From: Adineta vaga
Lineage: Eukaryota; Animalia; Rotifera
DNA length: 64,000 nucleotides
NCBI GenBank assembly: GCA_021613535.1
Contig: CP075497.1
Location: 6,758,001 to 6,822,000, forward strand
Direction: 5' to 3'
This document shows positions 14,611 through 26,200 of the stretch, one piece after another. The number at the start of each line of letters is the position of its first letter. Position 1 is the first letter of the stretch. A program made the translations under genes and the position numbers. A model generated the notes under the pieces. It made no database searches, had not been told where the DNA came from, and was given only the letters and a program-made list of their open reading frames with translations.

Positions 14611-17446
14611 CTATGTATCAGATATTGGACTGTACAGAGGAGCATATTCATCATCAGCTGATTCACTTGGATAATAATGTTTCAGTCGAACATGCCATGC
14701 AATTGATGTTACTGCTGACAATGTACGAAATTGATGAACAACATTACGTGGAATAAAATAAATATCCTAATGAGAGCAAAAAAATCATAGAATATCTTTG
14801 GATGAATAAATGTCATTTAGAAAATTACATTATCGTATAATGATAAACGAACATAACGAATGCCATCACGTCGTAATTGATTTAATTTGCCTTCGTCACA
14901 CCATTGTAAACACTAAAAAATGTATTCTTAAAAAACATTTGTATCAATATTCAACTTACTTGCGATGCTGGTGGTTCATATAAATCAATCTTTAATTTTT
15001 CAACGACTTTTTCGAAATCTTCTGCATGAAAACATACAACATCTTTTACCATTCGATTAATTGTTGCACTTTAAAAAGAAGAAAATTAAGAATAGAGAAC
15101 AAATTTGTTCTTTCTTTCTTTCAATAACTAACGGTATTCCACAATGAACAGCTTTTAAAATTCCAACAGCAGCTGTCGTTTCAACACCATCACCATCACA
15201 ATGATCACTGTGTGGTTTTGTTCGATCTTCGACTAGAACTTCGCGAGGATCAGTTCCACGACCAGTAAATGTTAAATTGCGTAATTCATTAGCCATACGT
15301 TTTTTTGGATGACAACTTTTATGTTCAGCCGTTGGAACATATTGTTCACCTGGTCGAACCCAAAGAATAGGTCCATCATCTGAATCTGTTCGAGATTTCA
15401 TTTTTATCGAAGAAAACGGTCCCCACGGCATGACACATTGTAAAAATGGATTTTCTTCTAGTTTATCGATGAATGTAGGAAAATAATCTCCTAAATTATT
15501 TGTAAAAATAAACAAAAACGTATAAAATATCGAACGAAAGAAATTATTTTTTTCACTTACCACATTCTTCTTTTCCAGTAACTTTTCCAACTAATGAAAT
15601 ACTCAACAATGGTCCATAACGAAATGTTCCATTTGAATAGGTTTGAGCAAGCCGATTTCGATATTCACCCATTGTAGTTGTTATAACTTCTTTTGAATTA
15701 ATTAAATTCGATGTTTTCACAATCATTTTTGGATACGATAAACTAAAGTAATCAACTAAATCAGGTAAATATCGTGCGCCATCATGTAAAACACCAATGG
15801 AAAATTTAGCACGTTGATTGATTTCTCCATAGACCATATTAAAAAAATAATTTGCAAATAAACTCACATTTTCATCTGATAAATGTAAAAATTCATTATA
15901 ATAGATTCGAATTAAACTTGCACCACCATTTGGATGTTCTTCTGTATGAATTAGGTTTTGAAATATTTGTAAACGATCATTATTACTATTTGTTAATGAA
16001 AATTCCATATAAGGTGATGAAAGTCTTTGTTGTTGATGATCATATAAATGACCAGGTGATGATACTGATGATGAAGGTGATGAACATGTATCAGATATTC
16101 TATCACATTGTGTTTGACTGGTTTTCATATCATAAAGATAAACTTGGGAGTCATTAGGACAATTAAGATCTGTTGTTTGAGTTTCTTGTTCTTCTTTACG
16201 AATTGTTTGTGTACTATTTTCACATAAAGGTCGATCAATAAAATCTGTATAAGTTGATTTATCTGATTTAATTAAACGATTTGTTTGGATTGATTGATGA
16301 GAGATTTCGATGATATCATCTGTTGTTTGACATTCACTTGTAGTATATTGTTTCGATAATGATGACGATGAATACAGATATTTATATTCACCAGGTGAGA
16401 TATCTTCGGCTGTGGTTGTTGAATGATCTGATGTTTGAGTTGTTATTAATTCAGTACTTAAACGACGTTTAATAGTTTTGGAACGTTTATCAGTCGGAGA
16501 ATCATGCTGATCATTAAGAGGATTATATTTTTGTTTTAAACGAGTTGATGAACGAACTTGTACAGGTGGATTTAAAGATTCTGAATAGATTTTAAGAAGA
16601 AGAAGAAAAATAATTCAAAATTATATTGATGAAAGAAATTTACTAGTATTTGTTGCTTGTGGTTTTACTGTTCTAGTCGCTAGTTTCGTACGTTTTTTTT
16701 CTTGTTGTTCATTAAAAAATTTTCGTTTATTTCCATTCGCTTTTGAAATTTGATTTTTTAATGAATTTTCATCATGAACATTTGTATGATTATTAACACT
16801 TGATTTTGGAAGATCATAGATTGATGAAGAATCAGTTTCGTTGGCTGATGTACGTCTAGTAGATATCGGACGACGAGCAGTTTTATTATGAATTACTTCA
16901 TTTGAATTAAAAAACTTCCGAGAAACAATTTTCGTTGTCGATTGAATTTGTTCGTTTGAATCGATTGATTGTTGTGGATGTACAGGTACCGGTTCATTAG
17001 ATGGTGGTGAACAAACACGACGAATATGTAATTTAATAGATGTATGTTCATTTGGTATATCATGAGAACGTATGACTGTTGATGATGATGATGAGGATGA
17101 TGAGGATGAACCATTTGCTGTTAAAATATTATAGGAAGGTGTTTGAGCTTGTTGATTGTTAGTTTTACATTTAATAATTTTCGTCTTAACTGGTTGCTGT
17201 TGATCATCATCATCAATATCGTCGTCGTTGTCGTCTTCAACATCATTGTCAACGGTATGATTATGATCATTGATTGTTTCATCGAGTTCAGTCGACATGG
17301 ATAACGAATTCTTTTTATTATTATTTAAATCGTTAGAAATTGAATATGTCTACAGAAATTGAAATGATTTAATTAAAGGTAAATAGAGTAAGATATAAGA
17401 CCTTTGTTTCATCGTTGAGTGAAACAACTTTGCTAAGATCAGCCAT
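14611..17446 (-). CDS. RSBN1: RSBN1/RSBN1L-like protein (round spermatid basic protein 1; reported H4K20 demethylase family)
   Basis: Low-complexity N-terminus followed by family motifs [77 protein letters not shown]; stop at 14611-14613. Confidence 0.9.
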
Positions 17447-18333
17447 TAGATCATTTGTATCTGAAAATTTGAATTTATTTTAAACGTTATTTCATATTTG
17501 TTCTTTTTATGATTGTTTGGTAGATTTTTTTGATAACGATATTTCAATTGCAAAAAAATACATACATAATAATCTTGATCGAACAGAGGAGAAAGGGAAG
17601 AGAAGAGAGAGAAGAAGAATCTCTTATAAACAATTATAGGTATTCTATGTAACAACCAATTGACAAATCAATACCATGATGTACGTCTATTGAACTCTAA
17701 AATTCATCGGATTAATTATCAAATACAAGAAAATGTTATTAATGACGTGAGAAAAGATCATTAATACGATTTTTAATGAAATAATGCAAAATATAGAGAA
17801 ATTAATAGATGTCGCTGGTAGTCATCCGAGGGTAAATGGAATTTTATGAAACTAATCAATCATATAAATATTCTGATTAGATTTTTTTTATTGAAAAGAA
17901 AATCTAATGTTTATTTGCACGCATTTTTTATTAGAGACTGTAACAAACTTTTTCTTTCTTCTTCTTTTTCTTCTTCTTCTTCTCTTTTCCCCCCTTTCAG
18001 TTATGTACAATATCTATACAGACATTGAGAAATAAAGAATCAGCAAGAGAAAAAAAGAAAAAACGCAAGATTCATCTACGAGTAACTCTTCTCCGTCCTT
18101 TTCTCTGGCACGATGTATATACATTAACACAGTATATGCATACATCATAACCTTCCCATTCGCAATCCTCTCTGGTCGCTCACACCTGTTTCATAAAATA
18201 TGTCAAAAAAAGAGAACGAAAAAGAAAAAGAATCCGTCGATGACGTCGTTTACTATGTTTCTATTTCAAATCGTTTGATGAAACCAAATTAAATAGACGT
18301 CTTTTCTTTTTATTCTATGCTTTTCTTATTTCT

Positions 18334-20465
18334 ATGATTATGATATTCGCAATATATCTACTATTATTATGTCTACCTTTTGTTCATTTAATCATTCCTG
18401 ATACATGGTCATCAACATCAACGAATTGTGTTTGGCATGTATACACGTCTAACGATCATTTAAGTAAAAGAATCGATTTACGAGATATTCGAAATCAACT
18501 TTTAACGTAAGATTTTATTTTCATTAATTTAATGTCAATATTTGTTTTTATTAGTTTTAAGTTGAATGATTCAACTTATTATTTTAATCCATGTAAAACA
18601 TTTAACCTTCCAATTAATGAAGATCCACATGTAGTCAATGGCGAACAATGTCATAATGTGTTAGGTTGTAAACGAATTGAACAAAGAAAAGATTATTATG
18701 AATATTATACAATTGCTCTTCGATTCAATTCAACAGTATTACCTCAAAGAACATCATTAACCACTCGATATTATGGAGCGAAGTAAGAAAAATTTAATTT
18801 TAGAAAAAATACGTTGTTTTTCTTTTCTTATTCAGATCATATGCCAATCAAAGTATTGATGTTGAATGTGATTGTAATCGACGAATTCATCGTGCACAAT
18901 TAAAATTTGTTAAATATCAACATACAAAAATGCCAGTAGGATTAGATTTTGATTGTAAAACTAACTAATGATATGACACGTAGGTTTTTTCTTTAACGCA
19001 TCGTTGTTGCTGTCCAAATGTTTGTGGAGGTATTTGTATATGTTTAATTTTTCAAAAATTATAATGTATTTTTTTATTTCAAATAGGAAATACATTCCCA
19101 AAAGGACTTTTATTAACGCTTCTTCTAGTTATTTTATTCATCATTGGAACAGCTGTATGGATCTTTTTTCAATGTCGACGACATTATCCTGAAAGAAATG
19201 CGTATGGAGCGATAGCAACTAGTAAGTATGATTCAGCTTTTCTTTTTGTTAATTATTTGCTTAACTTGAATGCTTAGCTGATCTAAACATTAATACATTG
19301 GAACCATCACAAGTACTTAAAATTGGTCTAACAGACTCAATTCATCGAAATGGAACATCAAAACGAACTCGTAGTCGATCAATAGTTCCTGTTCTTGAAA
19401 ATTCCACTATATCATCACAAGATTTTAAAATAGTTAAACGGTAAGAATGCAAATTTTCTTTGAATAGAATTTGAATGAATTGAATTTTTCAGATTAAGTG
19501 TTGGTGAATTAGGTGGTGAAGTAAGTGAAGGACGTTGGAATGATAAATTAGTTGCTGTGAAAACCTTACGTATTGGTGTGCATCCCGAGAAATTTTCTCA
19601 GAATGACAAAACATATCTTGAGAATGAAATTGGTTTATTAAGTCATGTTCGTCATAAGAATTTAGCCGCTGTTATTGGTATTTGTTTTGATATTGATATA
19701 TATCCTCGTATACTTTTATCGTTTGCTGAACATGGTACAATTATTGATTTTATTCGACGTTTTCCCACGAAAGTTGACTGGTCATTAAGATTATCTTGGT
19801 GTATAAATACATCCGATGCACTTGAATATTTACATCAATCAAAAATTCTACATCGAAATTTAAAATCATCCAATCTTTTAATTGGTGTTGATCTACGTGT
19901 ACATGTTTGTGATTATGGTCTCATATCAATTCTTCAACCATTACGACAAGCATGCGATAGCGAACGTTGTTTATGTAAATTAAGTCATCCAGCATTACCT
20001 GTTTCGATTCGTTGGTCAGCACCAGAGATTCTTTCAAATCCGTCCGATAGTTCGAGATTTAATCCACCTTGTGATGTTTATTCATTCGGTGTATGTCTTT
20101 GGGAACAAATTCGTTTAGAACAACCTTATGCTGAAATTAAAGACGAAGCAGAAGTTAGTCGAATGATTGTCGAAGGTATTCGTTTGACACCATTTGAAGA
20201 AACAGCGACAATTGTTATGCCAGATTACAATCAATTAATGAAAGCTTGTTGGAATGAAAATCCAAATGATCGACCGACATTTGAACGTATCGGTCAACTT
20301 TTACGAGAAGCAATACCTAAGGTGAAACAATTTCAAAAAATGTCATTGAAAAGACTATCTACGACGACTAATGCAACTGATATACAAGAAGAACATTCAC
20401 TTTTATTAAGACTTGATTCCAGATTATCAAATGATACACCCAAAACACCTAATCCAAATGTCTAA
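18334..20465 (+). CDS. Type I membrane receptor-like pseudokinase: signal peptide, Cys-rich MRH (mannose-6-phosphate receptor homology)-like ectodomain, TM helix, TKL-type kinase fold with HRN/DYG
   Basis: Seven exons splice in consistent phase: MIMIFAIYLLLLCLPFVHL (signal); C..RIDLRDI...TYYFNPCK...C..VLGCK...IDVECDC...LKFV...VFSLTHRCCCPNVC; TM GLLLTLLLVILFIIGTAVWIFF; YGAI; kinase LVAVK, ENEI, HRNLKSSNLL, DYG, WSAPE, DVYSFG. Confidence 0.85.
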
Positions 20466-20640
20466 AAATAAATAGTTGAGAAAAACAAAGCGAATTTTCA
20501 GTGAGTTTTTATCTGTGAAAAATACATCTGATATTTTGTAATAAATTAAAACAAAAACACCAGGTGTTTATCTATTCTCACACATATTTATACTCTGATT
20601 ATAAATGCTCTAAAAAAAACTATTCATACTGTTATAAAAC

Positions 20641-21378
20641 ATGCAGATCTTCATCACAGTAGTAGTGTTTTCACTAATTACGTTATATACACCTATCTAT
20701 AGTTGTATAGTTAAAGCAAATCCGACATTAAATGTACGTCAAACAGCTTCAGCATCTGGAACAATTGTGAAAAGTCTTTATCAAGGTACAACTGTCAAAT
20801 GCTTAGAAACGAAAAATGGTTTTTGTCGTGTTGGTACTGATCAATGGGCATCTGCTGAATATATTAATTGTGCTACATCAAAATCAGATTCATATGAAAA
20901 CACCGCACCTAAAGCTGATTATACACGTAAAACATGGCGTGGAGTTAAATTAAATCAACGTACAATCGATATGATTTTACGTGCAGAAGTCTATATGGAA
21001 CAAATGGGTGTTGGTGGTTTCCAATTTTCTTTGAGTCAAGGTTCATATTCATCTAGTGTTGCTGCCAGTGCTGGTACACATGATGGAGGAGGTGCTATTG
21101 ATATTCGTACGTCCGTTGTTAATAATGATAAGAAAAAAGTTGATACAATGGTTGTTGCTTTACGTAAAGCTGGTTTTGCTGCCTGGTCACGTGGACGTGT
21201 TGCTGATAGTTTTCAAAATAATAAACATATTCATGCTATTGCAATTGGAGATCGAGAAGCAGCATCAGGTGCTGTTAATCAAGTAGCAAGTTTTAAACGT
21301 GGTCGAAATGGACTTAAAGGTGATGGTGCCGATCCAGATGCCTATTTAGGCCGGGCAACACCAGCATGGGCTAAATAA
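20641..21378 (+). CDS. Secreted bacterial-type peptidoglycan hydrolase: signal peptide + SH3b + LAS-type (M15-like) Zn-peptidase; candidate horizontally acquired gene
   Basis: Intronless 245 aa ORF. SH3b-like LNVRQTASASGTIVKSLYQGTTV...QWASAEYI. Catalytic-type domain SQGSYSSSVAASAGTHDGGGAIDI...ALRKAGFAAWSR...HIHAIAIGD...GRNGL carries the Hx6D and HxH Zn-ligand pattern and resembles actinobacterial/actinophage lysin domains. TATAAA at ~20600; AATAAA at ~21374 and ~21406. Confidence 0.85.
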   Translation: MQIFITVVVFSLITLYTPIYSCIVKANPTLNVRQTASASGTIVKSLYQGTTVKCLETKNGFCRVGTDQWASAEYINCATSKSDSYENTAPKADYTRKTWRGVKLNQRTIDMILRAEVYMEQMGVGGFQFSLSQGSYSSSVAASAGTHDGGGAIDIRTSVVNNDKKKVDTMVVALRKAGFAAWSRGRVADSFQNNKHIHAIAIGDREAASGAVNQVASFKRGRNGLKGDGADPDAYLGRATPAWAK

Positions 21379-21834
21379 AATTAGTTTCCCCTGTGAAAAA
21401 CTTTTAATAAATGAAAGATTACGATGAACTATTTATTTCTCCAATGTATGAAACGCTCCATATTTGTATTCTGTATAACATATAGGTACTAAATAATGAT
21501 TCTTCATAATAGAAATAATAGTAACATATGTTAGGAAAAGGTTAGAAACATGTGTATGTATTACCGTGAGAGTAAGATCAAACATTATTGACATTAAAAA
21601 TGATATTTTGTGATAACAAGTGTTCCGAATATCCGACTATTAACTGTCGATGAATTCTCTCATAACTTCGTTTTATATTAGTGACTATATTCTTTTGTTA
21701 TTCATCATAATTACCTTGGCGACCTTTATCATATCTGTCGCGCCATCAAATCTAAACTTCAATATCATCATACGATGATTGATAGCCCTATTTTATCTTG
21801 TACATGATCTTAAACTTTTTCAGTCGAATAACCT

Positions 21835-22034
21835 TGTTTTTATTAATGCGACACGATAAACATTTATGTAGTTCTGTGCGAGTTTTCTTTCTTTCTCGAC
21901 GTACACATGTAAAGTTCTCATTTTGTAACACGATGATCTAACGAAAGGTAGATCAGAAAAAACAATTGAAATACAAGATGAAAACATCAAGATTCAACTG
22001 AGAACATTTGTTATCTGAATTTAATCATGATATT
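21835..22034 (+). repeat. Direct repeat, copy 1 (~200 bp)
   Basis: Aligns by eye to 24137-24312; includes the identical core acgtacacatgtaaagttctcattttgtaacacgatgatctaacgaaaggtagatcagaaaa. Confidence 0.9.
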
Positions 22035-22631
22035 CGATTCGAATACGTAGGATATTCAAGTTTTTGAGGTAATCAAAATGAAGTTGTCAAGAAGAAAAGT
22101 TGGACACGATTTTCGTTCACCAGGTGTTTTTCAGTTGAGAGAACATATGATAATGCATAGTCAAAGCTTTTAAGACGTTCATTTATTCTTAACATTCGAA
22201 ATTCGAATACCCATGTTGAAGTCGTATGACCTCTAGTTTAAAATAAAGGTCGAAATTTGTTTAGACAAAACATATGAATGAGTTCAGTATAAAATCAAAC
22301 CATATCAATGAGAGAAAATGCCCTTTATTTATTGTTTCATATTTACAATATTTTAATTTTCAAGTCCGACTGAACTGAATATCATAATAACACGAAAAAA
22401 AAGAAAAGGAAAAATATAAAATAAATTTCAGTAAAATCGATACGATTAATGATGACATCTGCTGAGATATTCTCTCCAAATTAAAGGTAAACGTGAACAA
22501 ACGATATTATAATTTTTGGATTAGTCTCGTTCGTTTACACTCACATTTTCTCAGTTTTAAAACCTGTTTTCTTAGTTCGAATTCTCCCACCTCTCTTACT
22601 TTCTTATTGTTTTAGTAGAAAAAGCCAAAAA

Positions 22632-22954
22632 ATGTCACATGTTCACGTCCCACTGCCAAGAACATCGACGGCAAAACCTTCAATTTTCAAAAAATATCGC
22701 TTAATCGAACGCAAAAGTATAGGTTCATTAGAATGAAAAATCGAAAGTTTTCTTTTCTTTTACATCTAGAAAATTCGATTCAATATTCACATGGAATTTT
22801 GCATTCGACAAAATTAGAAGATGCTAATCCTCGTACTCATACAGGAAAAAGTCAAAACTCACATCCAAATGAATTCCATAATGAAAATAAACGTACAAAA
22901 ATGAAAATGGTTAGATTTCTTCAAGACATTGAACCATTTGATCTTGATGTTTAA
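22632..22954 (+). CDS. Small two-exon orphan protein (~90 aa) with a C-terminal RVxF-like motif
   Basis: ATG at 22632 MSHVHVPLPRTSTAKPSIFKKYRLIERK; a GT..AG intron joins in phase to NSIQYSHG...KRTKMKMVRFLQDIEPFDLDV*. Confidence 0.5.
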
Positions 22955-23096
22955 AAAAAAAGATAGGAAAAATTCATTAACTAAAACAATAAAACGTTTC
23001 TGTTCACAGACGGACGACCATATATAAAAAAAAAATTCTGAGCGACTACGCCGTCCACGATGTTTATTCATCTAATTTATATATATATATAAGGAA

Positions 23097-23635
23097 ATGT
23101 TGAATATCATTTTTAATCGCATTCTTGATTTAATGGAATATTCGAACGATAGTGAAGATTTGTGGATCACTATAGTTGAAACTGAGGAGGTAATCATTCG
23201 CTTCTTATCAATAACAAACAAATATTGATTTCAGCTTTAAAAAATGAAATGAATTTTCTTTTTTAGACTATTGAAAACGATGATCCTAATACTCAAATTA
23301 GTAACACACAGCGAAAACAACCAGAAGAACTTTTGTTACAAGTCCACAAGCAAAATGTTGTACATGATGAACACTTTGTGAAATTAATCGAAATAAACAC
23401 TTTATTAAATAAAAATCTTGTCAAATTAATAGAAGCTATTTCAAGATTAACCGAAGAACAATCTTCAACAAATGAAAATCTTGTCAAATTAATAGAAGCT
23501 ATTTCAAGATTAACCGAAGAACAATGTTTGACAAATCAACATTTAAAAGTATTGCTACAGAAACAAGCGAATGACGATGGAGGTGAGCAAAAGTTTACGA
23601 ATTCGTCATCTGCTATGGAAAATAAGTTGGGCTAG
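23097..23635 (+). CDS. Small two-exon orphan coiled-coil protein with an internal 21-aa tandem repeat
   Basis: Exon 1 MLNIIFNRILDLMEY...ETEE|gtaatc; phase-0 intron to tttag|TIENDDP...; NLVKLIEAISRLTEEQ occurs twice; AATAAA at ~23742. Confidence 0.6.
23412..23525 (+). repeat. 63-bp-period coding tandem duplication
   Basis: aaaatcttgtcaaattaatagaagctatttcaagattaaccgaagaacaat occurs twice, 63 bp apart. Confidence 0.92.
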
Positions 23636-24136
23636 AAAAAAACTTGAAGTATTTTTTCATATGTAATGGGTCACTGTTTATCCTAGACCGTACCATCGTC
23701 TACGAGGAGAAAGTTTTTTTTCACTTGTCTTCGTTTTTGTCAATAAATAGAATATCAGAAGAACACGAAAGCACTTGCTAGCATAATAAAACCAACAACT
23801 CTTCAAAAGTGTTTTGTTTTTTAAGACAAAATTCGATAATAATTAGGAACATTACACACATACAGTGATGCCGGCGCAACATATTTTATAGAAGACCGAA
23901 AGGAGATAGTCAGATCAACAGATCTTCTATTCATACTAGAGAAAGAATCAGCCATGAACGTAGGTAGTGTCAGATGATGCACATGCATTATGGATTTGTA
24001 CATTTGATAATTTTAAAATAAATCAAACAAAGAACTGATTCTGATTAGGATTAATATTACATTATTTCAAAAAAATAAGTCATTTTCTTTTCAAAAATAT
24101 TGATTTCATCTATATGAAACATTACAATTAGAAATG

Positions 24137-24312
24137 TGTTCTTATTAATGCGATACGATAAGGATTTATGTAGTCCTACACGAGGTTTCTTGCTTTCTCA
24201 ACGTACACATGTAAAGTTCTCATTTTGTAACACGATGATCTAACGAAAGGTAGATCAGAAAATATCAACACTCAACTGAGGACATCTGTTATCTGAGTTC
24301 AATCATGACATT
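24137..24312 (+). repeat. Direct repeat, copy 2 (~175 bp; ~24-nt deletion relative to copy 1)
   Basis: Matches 21835-22034; lacks aacaattgaaatacaagatgaaaa, which lies between gaaaa microhomologies. Confidence 0.9.
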
Positions 24313-24572
24313 ATCGGTTCGTATATAGAATGTCCAGAAAAAAGACAATTGTGACTTTGAAACATGCAGGTGAAACTCATATACCATTCAATTTATGTAA
24401 GTTTTTTTATTTATTGTATTTCTTTCGTCATTTAAATTTAGTTTATTAAAGTTTTATTAAAAGCAATTTACAATTGAATTAATCTCAAGTGTAAATTAAC
24501 TCTAAAAGGTTATACTTGAAACGAAAGTATTATTTCCGCGTCACTACGCATGTAAAATTGCATGAAATATCT

Positions 24573-25820
24573 CTAGTAAGTAATGACTTCATATGAAATC
24601 GATATTGAAGTAACGGATGATGATTGAAGGAATATCTGTTGACGAAAGAAAAATGTTTGAAACAATGATATTTATTTACTTTATTATTTATACCTGATCT
24701 GATGTAGATCGAAGTTGAATATGTAATTGACGTAAATATTTTAAATTATTTTGACATAAACATATCACAGACTGAATATATTCATAAAATTGATTTGTTG
24801 GAATTTTCAAGGAAGAATTAACTGTTTGAATAAGTTTAATATACTGTAAAGAAGGAGCTACTTGAAATAATAATGTAAATAATTCAGGTGGATGATCAGT
24901 AGATATCAAAAGTGTTTGAAGAGAATATAATGATAAATTTGTATTCATATCACAGTTTAAAGGTTCAATTATTAATCGAGAAAGATCCTAGAATGAAATT
25001 TTTGTTCATAATTGTATGAATATTTTCTACTCTCTTACCAATTCACGAATATTAATCTTTTGAAAATAACGCAAAGCTCGATCAATATAACGACATAATT
25101 TTGTCACACAAACATGATTCCACTGAAATAAACACATACATGAACATATAGTTGTCTTACGAAAATCTTACTGCTGATGATTGATCAACTAAAGATTTCC
25201 ATTTTCTTGATATCAGTCGACAGCTAAAATAAACTTTTTCAAAACAACTTTTATATACTCATCATTTCCTTACTTTAATCTTGTAGATACATCAGTATAA
25301 TCAATAATTTTCTGCAGAATACCATCATACTTATCTAGATTGAATTTCTCTGTTGTTTCATTGGCATCTAATTTTTGCTGAAATAAATCAATTTCTTCTT
25401 GTGACATTCCACAACATTTCAGTAATTCTAAATCTTCATGAACATAATATGGAAGTTTTCTACATGGCTTCGATGATAGTTTTGTTCGAGTGTAAACAGC
25501 TGATTTATCCGCAAATATGATTATATCATAGAGTGATGCATCAACATGACAAGATGTTGTTACATCAATCACTGATAAAGGATTCGAACCAAAGATTCTT
25601 TTCACAATTGCAGGTGGTAATTCTAAATCATGAAGAAACGAAAAGATTAGATGAAGAAATATAGGGTTTGTTACAGTGAATTACCTAAACCTAGTTCACA
25701 ATTTTGAGAATGTTGAATAATATTTCGATGAAACAATAAATAGCAATCATAGATTTTAATAGTTAAATATTCGTGAGTATTGATGTAATTTTGAACTAAT
25801 TCATATTGCTTATCGGACAT
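24573..25820 (-). CDS. F-box protein with an internal F-box and degenerate LRR-like C-terminus
   Basis: Spliced product contains LDKYDGILQKIIDYTDVSTRL|NCRLISRKWKSLVDQSSA|WNHV (F-box consensus), then IRELDLS, LQTLLIS, LQYIKL, LRQLHI. Confidence 0.75.
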
Positions 25821-26200
25821 GGTCGAATGAAGACAAGACAACAACGTTCATTTATCATCGAATGGATTTCAAAATGAATTCTCTTTTCATTTATGTTATT
25901 GGTGTAGATTAATGAACTTACTTATTCGTTCAAAAGATATATGAAAAAGCGTCATCTATAAAAAAAAAAGAACTTCGATATTATCTTTTTCATGATAAAG
26001 ATTTCGAAAGAGAACTAAGCAAAAACAAATGTCAAAAAAAAGGATAGGAAAAGATTAGCTGAGCGTTTTCGAATAAGATTCTTACTAAACCTCTATAGTG
26101 GTTTTTTCAAATTTTATACGATAGATCATTTTTATGGGGAAATAAATATCTATAGCACAACATATCAATCCGAGACTATTTTTAGATCATATTATTCGAA

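Noticed and set aside
741-17114. Many short antisense or alternate-frame ORFs overlapping the dynein, SETDB1 and RSBN1 genes
   Set aside because: Shadow ORFs of real coding exons, with no recognisable motifs.
20641-21378. Bacterial contamination as the explanation for the lysin-like gene
   Set aside because: AT-rich host-like codon usage, a TATA box and polyA signals, and seamless flanking by eukaryotic sequence; read-level confirmation is still advisable.
21928-21962. Hairpin followed by GAAA in the direct repeat as a hammerhead ribozyme
   Set aside because: The core reads CGAUGA rather than CUGANGA, and no stem I/III pairing could be built on either strand.
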